A DNA stretch of 64,000 nucleotides from Pristiophorus japonicus (Eukaryota). Below the pieces are notes generated by a model that saw nothing but the letters and a program-made list of their open reading frames with translations, made no database searches and was not told the origin of the DNA. The stretch spans positions 177,940,001 to 178,004,000 of the forward strand of contig NC_091984.1 in assembly GCF_044704955.1 (NCBI RefSeq), given 5' to 3'. Below, one piece after another: positions 24,740 through 39,140 of this stretch; position 1 is the stretch's first letter, and each line of letters starts with the position of its first letter. A program made the translations under genes and the position numbers.

Positions 24740-26000
24740 TTCAACAACAACAACAACAATAACGTATTTATATAGCCGCTTCACCGTATTAAAACGTCCC
24801 AGGGCGCTTCACAGGAACGTTATCAAACAAATATGTGACACAGAGTCACATAAAGAGATATTAGGGCAGGTGTAAGAGATAGGTTTTATGGAGCATCTTG
24901 AAGGGGAAGCCAGGGGTAGAGATGCGGGCAGCATGTATGAGTGAATTCCAGAACTTAGAGCCTTGGTAGCTGGAGGCATGGCTAACATTGATAGGGCAAA
25001 GGAAATTGGGGATGCACGAAAGGCCAGAATTTGGGGGCCGCAGAGATCTCGGAGAGTTGTCGGAATGAGAAAGGTGCAGAGGTGACGAGGGTAAAAACCA
25101 TGCAACTGTTTGAAAACAAGGATAAGAATTTTCAAATTGAGTCTTTGCCAATATAAGTCAGCGAGCACAGGGTTGAGAGGTGAACATGACTTGGTACGAG
25201 ATAGGATATGGCATCAGAGTTTTGGAGGAGCCCAAGTGTATGGAGAATGCAAGATGGGTGACCGGCCAACAGGGCATTGGATTAGTCAAGACTAGAGGTA
25301 ACAAGGGCATAGATGAGGTTTCCAGCAGCAGATGAACTGAGGCAGGGGCGGAGATCCGAAATCATGATAAAGGCTCCAAACAGGTGGAGAAAGATGAGAG
25401 GAAAAGTTTACCATGGTCATAGTCACATAGCATGTCATGTGTGATTTTGATATTGGCCGTTTCAGGCTTGCTTGGTAACCTGCTTGTAGGGATTCATGAA
25501 GTTGTGGTAAAGATTGGCACGGATTTTGGAGGCAAAAACCCGTTCAAAGACTTTGGAGAGGAAAGGAAGTTTGGAGATGAGGCGTTAATTTGCAAGAACA
25601 GCGGAGTCAACTGTGGATTTTTGGATGAGAGGGGTGATGATGGCAGATATAATCTGGAGGGGCACAATAACTCAAGAGAGGGAATGGTAAGCAACATCAG
25701 CGAGCAAGGGACGTTGGGCGATCAACAATTTGGTAGAAAGAGGGTCTCGGGAGTAGCAGGTGGATCTCATGGACAATATGAGCTCGGAGAGTGTATTTGG
25801 GGAGATAAGAGAGAAACTCGAGAAAAATGCGACATCAGGGCAGGTGGGAGCGGGCGACGTTAGTGGACGTTTGGCTTTTGGCGCAAGGGGAAGGAAGGGA
25901 AGTGGCAGATGCAGTTGAACAAATGGTTTCAATCTTCATGACAAAGATGTCTACGAGCACCTCGCACTTGTTATTGGAGTTGAGAGTAGAGGAGCGGAGA
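24740..26000 (-). mobile_element. L2 LINE fragments
   Basis: (aac)n tail with ttgtatttatatagc; DPLSTKLL and SPKSLNG-type segments on - strand. Confidence 0.7.
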
Positions 26001-27419
26001 GAGGTTTAAAAATTCACTTGGTAGTGGGGATGAGATGGCGGGGGTATTAAGTGGAGGCCAGACACTAAGTTGCCTGGTGAACAAGTAATACGCATCAGAG
26101 CTGAGTGAAAGATTGAACATGACTCCATTATGGCCGTTTGAGAATTTGAATTCAGTTTTAAAAATCTGTAAATAAAAAGTAACAAAAGTTACCATGAAAC
26201 TATTGTACTGTAGTAAAAAAAAAACTAGTTCATTAATGTCTTTTAACCAAGGGAACGTCCGTTGCTTACCTATATGTGATCTAGTGCCACACGTTAAGTT
26301 TTCTTTTTCTTATTGGGCTTGAAAGGTAAGAGTCTGACTCCAGAATAGTTAAAAAAAAACTCCATACAATTTATTGTCAATAAAATGCAACAGATTTCCA
26401 GATAAAGTTGTCAAACAACGTTATGTGGGAAATACAGGTCAGAAGAAAGCTTTTTCAAATCCTTCTGCTCGGATATTGAAGTATTTCATCATTTGGCGAT
26501 AACCTCTTATTTAAAAGCTGCTTGCGATCTCCTGAAAATTAATATAAGCTTGTCTGTTTTCATATATCCTTTGCGATTGATTTGTTACTGGGCATAATAA
26601 TTTGTTGTTTTTTCTGACCCACCAGTAGAATGGTGTCTTTTCTTTTAGCTTGTTTAGCTCTCATTGTTAGCAGAATGATTCAGTGCCCTTGCCTACAACT
26701 CTTTTGGTTCAGTGCCCTTGCTTACAGACAGTCCTTCTCAAACCAGCTTGGAGTAATTACAAATCCAGCATGGTCTCTAATTTCGGTCAAGTTTCCATAA
26801 TCCTTTGCACCATTGGTGTTTCGTTACAATTGATTGATTATCGATTCGAAATGAGTGGCTCTGAAATTTTGTTTTGATTGTACTGGCTGCATCTGAGTTA
26901 TCCTTCATTTGCTGTTCCTACCTTTAACCAAGTTTTGGGGAGTTTAACTGAGTCCTGCAGCGCAGGTGTTATCGGCACTGCGTGGCCTTGTAAAGATCGA
27001 AAATGGCATCTGTGATGCATACGCATATTTATATCGGGAATTGCTCTAGACACTATATTTACAAAAGGTTTTGCGCACACCTACCTAACGACGGCCGGAA
27101 CTATGCAGAGGGCAGATCATAATGTCAATCAGTATGCAATGCTGATTTGATGCTTGTGCTGCCATTTACGAGCTCTGCGCTGCAGCCGATGCCACCTCTT
27201 AACTTTGCGTAGCTGCACGCGACATCAAACAGCATGAAGGAATCCCCAACAGCTATATTTAAAGACATCATGAACTAATTACAGGTTAGTTGCTGTATTG
27301 TTGCACCTGGCTCTTTGTACAATTCTGCACGTTTTTGGAACTTTCCATTCTTGTCTAAAGTGTCAATAATCTTCTTTTTGGTGACATAAAGGCTTGTGCT
27401 AAAGCAGGTGCTTGCAGAC

Positions 27420-29000
27420 ATGGGTGGCCTAGTGACTGGGAGAAGGAGCGGCCAGGTAGAGGAGGGCAAGAAGCTCGAATAGGAAGGAGAACGAGGGAGA
27501 GAAGGGCTCTCAGCAGGAGGCCATATCGCCCAGGTTACTCAGGGAGCAATTCTCTTCCCTGAACTTCAGCGACAACCAATGCATGAGACATCTACACTTC
27601 GCTAAAGTGATCGTGCCTAAAATCTGCCAATGCTGCAACCACAACTCTAACCTCAGAGGAGGGCAAGGACTGCATTGCCTGTGCCTGTTAAGATGACTGT
27701 AGTTTTGTACTTTTATGCATCTGTCTCCTTCTAGGCTGCTGCTGGAGTTATAAGCAGTGGAAGAAAATTGCGGTAGGAGGCTTAATTTGTACGAACTCCT
27801 CCGAACCAAAAAAAAAAATCTATGAATGGACCTGGGGTCCCGGAGGAAAGTAGGATCCAGGTCGGAGGCCTAAATTCGCTGAGCAGCGCTTGGGAATATG
27901 TCTTTCAGGTATGGAGCTACAAGCAGTAGTCACCTGAGCATGGACCACCAATCACGATGCAATATTCTCATTGATAAAATTGGGAACTACGTTTTTTTTC
28001 GAGTTCCCATTACTGTCAATGAGAATAACCCCCTAAAACCGAAACATACCATAGCAAATAAATAAACCACCTTACATATATAAAATTAATTGACATTAAA
28101 TGTAATTAATTGTTTTAGAAAAAAATAGTTTTTGAATTACTTTAATATGTTTTAATTAGGGTAAAAATAAACTTGCCTTAATGGATGGGGTTTTAATATA
28201 AAAATGAGTGTTTAAATTTACTGTTTATATGTTTTAAAAGTGTTAAGCTGGTAAAAATAAGCTATGAGCCTCCTTTTACCAGACGTAAATCATTGAACGA
28301 CATTCGCTGGGCATGAGTTGGGTAAATAGTCCAATCTCTCCCATGTGGATGTCCTTCTCTCGGGAATGCAGAGGATCTGCCAAGAGAAATCTTGACAGAT
28401 CGGAAAAGCCAATTGCATGCACATCGCGTCCCCAAAATGGGCTTTTGCGAGGCCTCACAGGCTCCGGACGCACTCCGTACGGACCCAGCGACGCCAGAAT
28501 TATCGGCCCAATATGTCGCCGTTTCAGTACACTGCTTTCATAATAGAGGCCACTGAGGTTCTCCATACAAAGAGTGACAGATTCGTCTCATTTCGTTTTT
28601 GTCAGTGACAAGCTGTCGGAGTGAACACGGTGGTTTGCGTGGATTGCAGGCGTCCCCATAGTGTAGGGCTTAATTTAATGCATACACATTGCTCTGCGGG
28701 CACCCTCATTTCAAATCTGCTATTTTGCTGAACCGAAAAGGATTCCACTCTCTCAATTTAAAGTTGGTTTCTCACCACAGGCAGCACGCCATTCATGTCA
28801 ACGCCCTGGAGGAGCCCTACAATACTCAGCTGCGCTGCTCTCAATATTTGTATGGTGATATGCTGCGTGCTGCAAAAACTTGCCGTTATGGGGAACAGCC
28901 ACTGCCATCAACTATCAGGCGAGAATCAAAGGCGGAGGAGCAGGAAGTGGAGGAGGAAGTGGTGGAGGAACCAGAAGAGAAGGAATAGCAAGAGGAGGAA
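27420..29000 (+). pseudogene. Harbinger (HARBI1-like) DDE transposase remnant, split by insertion at ~27760-28509
   Basis: RTALPVPVKMTVVLYFYASVSF*AAAG (~27665-27747); IAGVPIV*GLI*CIHIALRAP, NRKGFHSLN (28731-28757); CCVLQKL C-terminal motif; acidic tail. Confidence 0.85.
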
Positions 29001-29329
29001 GAGGATGAGGAAGTGAGTCTGCAATGTCGACAGCCTCTTTCTGTATAAGCTCTCTGTGATCAAATAACTAATGAACGATACCAGTAACCTCAACTACAAA
29101 TCTCCATTCACCAACCAGCCCACAATCATTACATTTCCTCTGTCACTCTCCATTACATTGTCCAATTTCCTAACAATACATCAATACAAAATACACATTC
29201 CAATACAAATGCAAAAATTAAATCATGACATAATGCATTCTGTATTCCCTTAGTGCTTCTTGCATATATCTTTGTCTCTCGTAGTGCACCTTCAAGTTGC
29301 TTCCCCAATGGCGACAGCATGGCTGGCGG

Positions 29330-30593
29330 AAGGCATCTAACTTTCAGTTGAGAAGACTACTGATGACTTTGGAGGGCAACCTGGAACAGCTTTCAGCCTA
29401 GAATGGCCGACCTCAGACTGTACCATCTCGGTCTGGGCAACAGCACTCTGGGCTTTCTGGTTGATATTTAACAGCAATGACACTGATGGAGTGGCAGGGG
29501 TGGGAGCACGAATGCTGTCATCCTGGGATAGGACAGTTGGTTCGTACATCATGCAGCCACTGCCAATCTTCCCGGGTGTTGCCCAGGCAATCCTACTAAT
29601 CTGTTGGAGAGCAGATTACTTAGACACTGTGATGCCCTGCAAGTGGCTTTCAGCACTAGCATCCAGTGCTACGTTGGCAGCACTCTGTGGTTGCTTAGCA
29701 GCAAACTGAGATTGTATAACAGCAGTCTCCGCTTCCACTGCAGCACTCAGACCTTTAGTAGAAGCTGCTTCTGCTGAAATGGAAATTGAGACAGCGGGTA
29801 TCAGAAGCTGCATCATGGTTGGTTCTACAGATATGCTAATTGAGGTGACCATCACCTTCACCTTTTAACAGATGGGTCTGCGTAATGCCCTGTGCCAAGT
29901 TGGAGCTGGACTCCTCCATGCTCCTTGACATTTGGTGCATGATTCCCCGCAGGGTAACAGTGCACCAAGCATTTGGCTGTTTACACTTTTCCGCCTTCTT
30001 ATGTAGCCTGCCCCATCGAAGTCTTCATCTGACTCCTCAGCAGCAGAACTAGTTTGTAATTTCGGCCTCCAGTGAGCTGGTTGGTACCTGTGTTATCCTT
30101 TTCCCTAACTCTGGCTCTTGCACACTTATGCCCGGTGCCTCACCACATACACATCTTTCATCTATCCGATTCTCTGAAATACATACAGTGTCATTAATTG
30201 AGCTGATGGTGCCGACTATAACATCGAGTGAAAGTGTCACTTCATCTTTACTTTCTTCTTCCTTTAACTCTAGTGCCTGCGCAGGTTCCATTTCTTGAAC
30301 TTATAAAATGAAAAATGCACAAGGGTTGGGTTTCAGTGAGGGGATAAGAGAAAGTAAGATGTCCATGCTTACACCCTCTCAACTTCTGAGTCAAAAGTGA
30401 TTGAGAGATGTGGGAGAAGATGAGAGGAGGATTGGATATACAGGTATTGTTATCATCAATGTTTCGGCCACGCCTCAGTGATTCCCCCTTCCCACGAGCA
30501 CAATGCTCTCTCATGCATGGGGGTAAGATAATGAGGCATGCGTGTCCACCACCAGTTTATCCATGCTGCCTCTTGTTATGCATTACATTCTCC
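29330..30593 (-). pseudogene. Downstream exons of Harbinger Myb/SANT-like accessory gene
   Basis: HNKRQHG*TGGG motif (~30545-30585) typical of the segment after the Myb/SANT domain; low-complexity coding-like stretch below. Confidence 0.6.
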
Positions 30594-31118
30594 TACACCA
30601 AAGAGGGAAATGTGTTAGCGAGTGTTGTGTAACAGGCTTGGCTGATATGGCAGTTGAAGTGGGACATGTTAGAAGCCCGCCGTAGTAATATAGAGTTGCA
30701 GTGTGGGAAATGTGTTCAGAAAGTACGTTAAGATGCATTTGCCCAGCAACAATTAGCTGGACCAATCAGATGGTAGGCCACCCGCAAGAGGATGTGGTGG
30801 CAAGCTTAGCAAAGATAGACATAGCTGACCTGTGATTAGGCCAGGTGTTGAATAACAGGAAACCTTGCTTGATGCTTCATAGCTGAAAAATGTAAAGTCC
30901 CCAGTGTAATGAAACAGGTGACATACACGGATTGCGTTTTTCAGCTTTAAGTACTGTAAGCTGATAGCCAAAAGCAGAGACAGCACTCACAAGTTGCGGG
31001 AACTTTATGCAAACTGCCATGCTCCCTTGGCCATGCTATAGGTATTCACAAATAAACATTATCTTTGATTCTTTATCAGACTTGTGTGTTGAGCCTTATT
31101 TTGAGTCCACATCAAATT

Positions 31119-31136
31119 TGGCGACGAGGGTGGGAT
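31119..31136 (+). promoter_or_regulatory. Primer binding site, tRNA-Ser(GCT)
   Basis: TGGCGACGAGGGTGGGAT, complement of vertebrate tRNA-Ser(GCT) 3' end (..ATCCCACCCTCGTCGCCA), 4 nt after the 5' LTR. Confidence 0.85.
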
Positions 31137-32309
31137 ACTGTGGGAGATGGACAGACAACCGTGGGCAGAACATGTCAGTCATGAGTAAGTTTAAAGTACC
31201 ATTCCAAAATGACATGATCTCGGTGACAAGACTGTCTGTCAACCGGGTATTCCAAACTTTGAAAGTCTGCTAAAGAACAAATTTGTTGACGCGTGAGTAT
31301 AATAAGTTAGTTTAAAGTCACTGATTTAGTTTAAAGTCATTGATAAGAACTGTGTTGTTGCAAGAAGTATATCAGAGAAATAAGACTAAGATTTAACATA
31401 GAGCTTGGATTAAAGTACCGATTGGAGAGACATGAAGTCATCGGACAGATGATGTAGACCGTCAGACCATATAATGGCAACAGTTATAGAACTAGATTGG
31501 GGTCCAGACAGGTCCCTAACTAGGTTCTATGCTGATGACTAGAAGGGGTTAATTCACAAAATGTTAAAGAATGGGTGGAACCCATCACAAGAACCAGCCG
31601 AACAAAAATGCTTGTTGGCAAAAAGAGAAAACTAAGAGAAGCAAGAAAACTGGTGTAATTATAGTATGACAGCTTTTAAAATGGATAATTGGTATATGTT
31701 GCATGTATCAGTCTCACTCATGAGGAGTAAGTAAGGGACATACCACTGACAACATATAATCATGGGAAGTGAGAAATTCGAGTTGGGACCAGAGGTGTCT
31801 CTGACACGGTACCTAGTAGATTAAAAAAAATAATGATTAAACAAAATTGAAGACTAGATGACTAATCTGTGGCACAAAAGAAGTGGTAGGAGTCGGAAAA
31901 GAAACAAAGAGGAGAAAGCCATCGTTTTAGTGACTCGTGCATATTGTGAATAATGGATAGTTATGACTCAATGAAAAGGAGAAAAGGGAAGATTATGTTT
32001 TTCTTTAAGTGTAAAAGCAGAGAGGTTAAACTGGAAAGGTTGCAAACTGTGCAATGAAAGTTGACATTGATTGATGGTGTCTGTGTTTGTCGGCTTTCGA
32101 AACTAAGGAAGTTAACTCTTTCAAAGGCAGCTGTGAACACTGTTTTAATTCAATGGGTGATACCTTTTGAATGCTGGAAATTTTCTTAATTTGAAGACAA
32201 TATTTGTTCCTGGGGTAGAAGGAATTTTAGGATCAGTTTCTCTAGGCAAGTGACTGAAAGTCAGCGGCCCTCGCTCAGAGCGAAGGCGATCCTCGGATCC
32301 ACATTACAG

Positions 32310-35300
32310 CATTGTTATGGGGCCGGCAATGTGACATGTTAGTGGATACAGGTGCCTCTGTCTCAATGACAGATATCCCCCTACCCACAACCAAACGGAC
32401 AGTTTTAATTGCAGGGGTTGGAGGATCTGCCACAAGAGCACACCTAAGCAAAGTAATATTATTGGACGTGGCAGGGATTCTATGCCCTGCACAATTTTAC
32501 GTTTGTCCAAATAATGAGGGTACAATATTAGGAATCGACCTCCTAGAACAATTAGGAGCGTTGATCGATCCCCACGAGAAGAAAATAGTTTGGAGAAGTC
32601 TAAATGGGAGCAAAACTACTACCTGCGGGGAACAAAATAAACTGGACAACCATGCTAGGGTGGGGAGCGTACAACTCCTCACCAGGGATTGGATACATTA
32701 AAAGAGTGTCTGAAGATTGACCAATCAAACCTGAAGCAAGGAGGCAGTCAACAAATTGTACAAGATCTGCTCGACAGTGGCATACTCTGGGAAGCTGACA
32801 CCACCACTAATTCACCCGTGTGGCCGGTAAAGAAGCTGGATGGCTCGTACATGATGACTATAGATTACATGACACCTCATCAGCACCCCCATTGTAGCCA
32901 GCCCAGCCACAATCTTTAACGGATTGAAACCCGAACATAAGATAATCACAATGCTTGACATAGCCAATGGATTTTGGTCCATACCTCTGGCTCGGGAATC
33001 ACAGGACAAGTTTGCCTTTACTGTAGGGGACCGCTAGTATACGTAGACACGGGTGCCACAGGGATTCCACAACATTTCACCGGACTATGAGTCGAGCCCT
33101 AGAAAAGGTGGACCTAACCCCTTACAGAAGCACAGCCGTCCAGTATGTGGATGATCTGCTGATTGCCTCGGATGATGAACGGGGACACACGGGTGCTCTC
33201 ATAGAAATCTTAGAAATCCTACAAAGGGTGGGATTCAAAGTCAATCCCAAGAAAGCCCAGATCGGACAGACAGTGTACAATATTTGGGACATGAGATATG
33301 ACAAGGGACTAGAACAATGTCTCAAGATAGGAAAGAAGCTATCAATATTAACCAATAAGGGAATTAAGGGTTATTTTAACCAATAAGGGAATTAAGGGTT
33401 ACGGGGAGCGGGCGGGTAAGTGGAGCTGAGTTCACGGCCAGCTCAACCATGATCTTGTTGAATGGCGGAGCAGGCTCGAGGGGCTAGATGGCCTACTCCA
33501 GTTCCTAATTCTTATGTTCTTATGAAGAATCATGCCCTGCCCAAAGACAGACCGAGTGGTATGTAAAGTACTGGGACTCTTTAATTACTGCAGAAACCTT
33601 ATAGCCAACTTCGCAGCAATTGCAGAACCAATACAGAAACTGGTGAAAGGGGGAAACACTCCCTAGAAAGTGTAGAGTGGGGCCCAGAGCAGGAAACAGC
33701 ATATGGTAATCTGAAGGAAGCCTTAATATCTGCACCCGGCCTGTGACTCCCAAACATGGACATACCTTTCCTCATTTACTGCGAAAATGAGGAAGGATTC
33801 GATGGGGCAGTGATTACTCAGATGCATGGGACAGGATGCCACCTGTAGCTTATTACTCAATCCAACAGTCACCCGTGGCGGTCGGTCTGTCCCGGTGTTT
33901 GGCGGCTCTGGACTGTGCAATGTGAGCAGTGAAAGTCAGTGAACCGGCAGTGATGACGTGGGAAATTGTACTGCACACAAACACACTCTGGTAGAAATGC
34001 TCAACACTGGGAAACTAAGATCCATGCCCAATATAAGCAGGGCTAAAAGGGAGGCAGTTTTACTCCCCCATGATGAGTCCATGAAAATAGTACGAGACAC
34101 AGCAGAGAACCCTGCAGAGGGTCTCGTGGCCACAGGTGAACCCTATGAGTGCCAAGTCCGAGAGTGGGAAGACTCACCCGGAAATATGTGAGATCCCACT
34201 CAAGGATCCAGATTTAAACCTTTATGTGGACGAGTCCCCGAAATATATCCAAGGGACCCCACATACAGGGTGGAGCACTTGACACCTAAGTGGGGGACTG
34301 GATGGAGGATTTTGTGCACAAGTGGCAGAAATCACTGCACTGACAGAAGCCCTCCAATTAGCTGAAGGCAAACAGGTAAATATCTATACAGACAGCCGCT
34401 ATGTTTTTGGAGTAGTCCATGACTACATAACAGCCTGTGGGAGGCGGGGGTTTGTCACCTCAGGCGGGCAGGCCATCAAACATGAAGGCCGAATTAGGTT
34501 GCAATTAAACACGGCTAGTAAACCCGCCAAGGCAGTGGTAATAAAGGTCAAAACCCACAAGAAAATGGTAGACAATATCCAGAGAGGCAATGAGGTTTCA
34601 GATAAGGCAGCGCAGGAGGCAGCAGTTTCATCCGAAGCGAGGGAGGAATCTGTAAGTAGTATGATTACTAAAGAAGATATTGACATTGTAAAATTACATG
34701 CAGACATAAATGATGAAGAAAAGACAGAATGGAAAAGACAGGGAGGGGCACCGGATCCAGACTCGGTGTGGAGAAAGGATGGTAAGATGGCAGCCCCAAC
34801 TTGTATAAGAAAAATGCTCAGGGAACTGCACCATGGCATTAACCATGCCGGGAGAAATGCTATGATCAGTAGTGTCTCTAGAAATTGGTGGTGGCCAGGC
34901 ATGGGACGAGACATTGCTAAATATTGCCACCATGTGCCCAACATAATCTGGGAAGGGCCATTAAAATTAGAATGGACCATCAACAATGGCCGCGAGGGTC
35001 ATGGGAGAATATACAAATTGATTGATTTCATGGGACCACTGCCAAGCTCTAGAAGAAAGAAATGCTGTCTAGTAATAATTGATTTGTTTACACGATGTGT
35101 GGAAGCTTTTGCTACCCGAAACTGTACTGCAACCACAGTAGCTCGTATCTTAGCCGAGGAAGTGATTCCCCCGCTGCGGCATTCCCACCCAAGTTGATTC
35201 TGATCAGGGAAACCACTTTACAGGACAGGTGGTAAAATTACTATGTAAAAATTCACACCACCTACCACCCGTAGAGTTTGGGCATGGTAGAATGGATGAA

Positions 35301-35755
35301 TCGGACAAAAAAGACAGCTGTGTCAAAAGCCATCCAAGAAACCGGATAGGCTTGGGCTAAGCTGCTGCCTGCTATCCTGATGAGGCAAAGGGCAACTCCT
35401 AACCGAACAACAGGAGTAACTCCATATGAACTCATGACTGGTCGGGCAATGTGATTACCCGAAGGTATAATCACAGGATCGTCTGATGTGGGCCCATTGC
35501 GGAATCAGATTAGGAGATATGTAATGGAGTTAAGTAAGCAGGTCGGAATGAAGAAGAAGGGTTATAGTCCCCGGTAGATCTTCCCTAAGTTGGAGAGAAA
35601 GTAATGGTTAAGGGGCTACCTGGACGAACTGGAATCATGCCGCGCTGGTCAGGACTATACAAGATACTGATCAGTGGTGATATGTGTGCCTGTATGAAGA
35701 TGAATGCAGTAGAACAGTGGAAACATTGGTCCCAGTTGAAAAGCTACACTGACAT
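32310..35755 (+). pseudogene. pol: Retroviral pro-pol (protease, RT, tether, RNase H, integrase), frameshifted
   Basis: LVDTGAS and ILGIDLL protease; SPVWPVKK, LDIANGFWSIPL, VPQGFHN, QYVDDLLIAS RT; AEITAL, NIYTDSRY RNase H; HHGINH..WWWPG..C, IDFMGPLP, DSDQG, YHP*SLGMVE integrase. Confidence 0.93.
33348..33524 (+). mobile_element. Short CR1 3' tail inserted in ERV pol
   Basis: Matches reverse of 9155-9305; ends ttcttatgttcttatg. Confidence 0.8.
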
Positions 35756-35794
35756 GTAGTGGATAGCCCAAGTGCGTCCACCCCTTTTTACAGG

Positions 35795-38700
35795 ATGGCC
35801 TGGTGGATAATCATTCTGATACTGTTATGGATGATCCAGACAATGGATCAACACCACGATGAAGACCCAAGGGATCCCGAATGCAGACGAATAATTGTGG
35901 GGGATGGAATCCACATATCGTGGATCTTTCAGTCTGAAGGAGGTCTGGTGGGCTTGGGCCTGCCACCGAATGGCACGATCCGAAGATGCAAGGTGGTCCA
36001 ACCGAAAATGTTAGGAATCTCTGTGGTGTCCCACCGAATGGCATGTATATCCTGCAACCTTGCTAGTGTCTCTATATGGACACTCCTTAGCGATCGTAAC
36101 TATTATCGCAACCATTATTATGACCATAAGGAATTTAAGGAATCTTACATAGATTCACATGTTAGAAATCATAAGTCTAATATCGTTACAGTATGTGTCA
36201 TGGCAGAACGAACATTCCGGCCCAGGTATTCCAATAACACGGGTGAGATGGGCAGGCGAGTGGCCACTAACGACGGCACTGCCCACCTCACCGACGCCAC
36301 CAAAACCGTTAGAATGTCCCATAAATACCGTAGGATCCCCAAGTGGGGTGGTCCTGAGAACAGAGGGAATCCAATTGTATGAAAATGTATACCATGCATA
36401 ATAGTAAACCTGATGGACATGCGGCTACCAGAAAAATGTGGCTTTAAAGGTATGGGCATTGTACACCCGAAAGCTTAAGATAGTGTTGAAAGAATCGCGG
36501 GACATCGAAACATAGAAAATAGGTGCAGGAGCAGGCCATTTGGCCCTTCAAGCCTGCACCACCATTGAATATGATCATGGCTGATCATACAACTTCAGTA
36601 CCCCACTCCTGCCTTCTCTCCATACACCCGATCCCTTTAGCCATTAGGGCCACATCTAACTCCCTTTTGAATATATCCAACGAACTGCACTCAACAACTT
36701 TCTGTGGTTGAGAATTCCATAGGTTCACAATTCTCTGGGTGAAAAAGTTTCTCCTCATCTCGGTCCTATATGGCTTACCCCTTATCCTTAGACTTTGTTC
36801 CTTGGTTCTGGACTTCCCCAACATCGGGAACATTCTTCCTGCATCTTACCTGTCCAATCCCATCAGACTTTTATATGCTTCTCTGAGATCCCCTCTCATT
36901 CTTCTAAATTCCAGTGAATATAAGCATAGTGGATCCAGTCTTTCTTCATATTTCAGTCCTGCCATCCCGGGAATCAGTCTGGTGAATCTTCGTTGCACTC
37001 CCTCAATAGCAAGAATGTCCTTCCTCAGATTAGGAGACCAAAATTGCACACAATACTCAAGGTGTGGTCTCACCAAGGCCCTGTTCAACTGCACCAAGAT
37101 CTCCCTGCTCCTATAAAATCCTCTTGCTATGAAGACAAACATGCCATTTGCATTCTTAACTGCCTGCTGTACCTGCATGCCTACTTTCAATGACTGATGT
37201 ACCATGACACCCAGGTCTCGTTGCACCTCCCCTTTTACTAATCTCTCACCATTCAGATAATAATCCGCCTTACTGTTTTTGCCACCAAAGTGGATAACCT
37301 CACACTTATCCACATTATACTGCATCTGCCATGCATTTGCCCACACACCTAACTTGTCCAAGTCCTTAGCATCCTCCTCACAACTCACACTGCCACCCAG
37401 CTTAATGTCATCTGCAAACTTGGAGATATTACATTCAATTCCTTCGTCTAAATCATTAATATATATTGTAAATAGCTTGGGTCCCAGCACTGAACCTTGC
37501 AGCACCCCACTAGTCACTGCCTGACATTCTGAAAAGGACCCATTTATTCCTACTCTTTGCTTCCTTTCTGCCAACCAGTTCTCTCTCCACGTCAATACAT
37601 TACCGCTCATCCAATGTGCCTTAATGTTGCACACCGATCTCTTGTGTGGGACCTTGTCAAAAGCCTTTTGAAAGTCCAAATACATCACATCCACTGATTC
37701 TTCCTTATCCTCTCTACTAGAATGTTTTGATGATGTAACTAGAAGATTTGTCAAACATGATTTCCCTTTCATAAATCCATGCTGACTTGGACCGACTGCT
37801 TTCCAAATGTGGGATGCCTCAGGGGCATCCAGATAATGGAGCCTTCTGAAAGTGGGTCAGACCCACAGACAGAAACGGGGTCTGATCAATGACGTCTTAA
37901 CAGGGGTCAACACGGGAACCTCATTTATAAATGCCCTAGACATACAAGCTATACAGAAACACTCGGAAAGCCTTAAAGACACAGTCAGGAAGTTGCTGCA
38001 GAGGCAGACAGATGCAGCCAAAGGGGCTGCTTGGGAAGGCAATGGGGCAGCAGGGAGCTTAGTCAAACAGATTATCATCCTGGAGGGTCATGCTGCCACC
38101 ATTAACCGCCTAATTGACTGAGAATTCAATGCAGAAAAGGCAGAGTTTCAACGAGACTTCTGCCACACTTACAGGGGATGGGTGATTGGGCAGGTCATGG
38201 AGAACCTAGACCAAATACAAATGGGAGAAGTCTCGGATTGGATAAACAGCACCCACCTGTTCCGCCTAGCACAGCACCCAGGATCACTGGATGTGTGCAC
38301 CATGAAAGGAATGACAAGAGTCTTTCCGGTGACAGGCGGATGCACAGATTCACATTCTGCCCTGGTGGGCATGGTCCCAATGATTCCAGTAATGGCGAAG
38401 GGGGAGTCTAGATCTCACTCCCAGTTTGAGGTAGAAATCTTGGGCTAATCCTGGGTGAGAACTATATGTGGTACTACCCAACATGCGATCAAAGAGAATG
38501 GAACAATGAGAGGGGTCTCATTATCAGGGTGGCGCAGAGTAAGAAGCCTAATTATATGTCCACATCCAGTAGGCTGGGGAAGCGAGGATGGATGCGGATT
38601 TACTCAAACCATTGGGTGCGTCTTAGAAATAAGCCCATTAGAATCCAAATAAACCCACTCAGCCTACCACAGAAAGGAGGAATACTGTTTGGCAACCAAC

Positions 38701-39140
38701 CAACCAACTTACGACTATGATATTTATCAATGTACTATCACAAACCCCAACTTTTGCTTCACCCCGAGGCTACTGGTCACAATCGGATGAGCACGAATAA
38801 TGTATATTCATGCTCGAGAAACTATTACCCTGAACCTGACTGATGAAATTTAAAAGATTTGTATCAATATGATAGTGAACTGGCTGCACCAATACCCCAC
38901 CTGCCCGAGGAAGTGAGAGACATAAAGTATCTTCTGCTGGCAAGCATAAAATGGTATCATGTGCTCAAATAGGAGCTGCACGAACTGAGCAAGGACATTG
39001 CAAAAGACCTTTAACGTACCCCATGGTACGAGAAGGCATGGAACTGGCGACTGAACGTTAAAATCCATCCATAGATACATATCATTTCTCACATATTGGC
39101 GATGGTTCAACTGATTTTGGCACTGTGCTGGCTGATAATG
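35795..39140 (+). pseudogene. env: Retroviral env (signal peptide, SU split by CR1, furin site RQKR 37867-37878, long fusion subunit, TM anchor)
   Basis: MAWWIIILILLWMI signal; RQKR/GLINDVLTGVNTGTSFINALDI fusion peptide plus heptad region; Cys-rich ectodomain; PWYEKAWNW then hydrophobic IIS HILAMVQLILALC near 39020-39130. Confidence 0.8.
36505..37810 (-). mobile_element. CR1 LINE inserted in env
   Basis: ORF 36846-37772 (308 aa RT, FADD); ACATAGAA tail; similar to 20468-21805. Confidence 0.92.

Noticed and set aside
28930-29015. Glu-rich ORF as an independent gene
   Set aside because: It is the acidic tail of the Harbinger transposase remnant
35795-39140. Domesticated (syncytin-like) env
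   Set aside because: Interrupted by a CR1 and carries several stops and frameshifts
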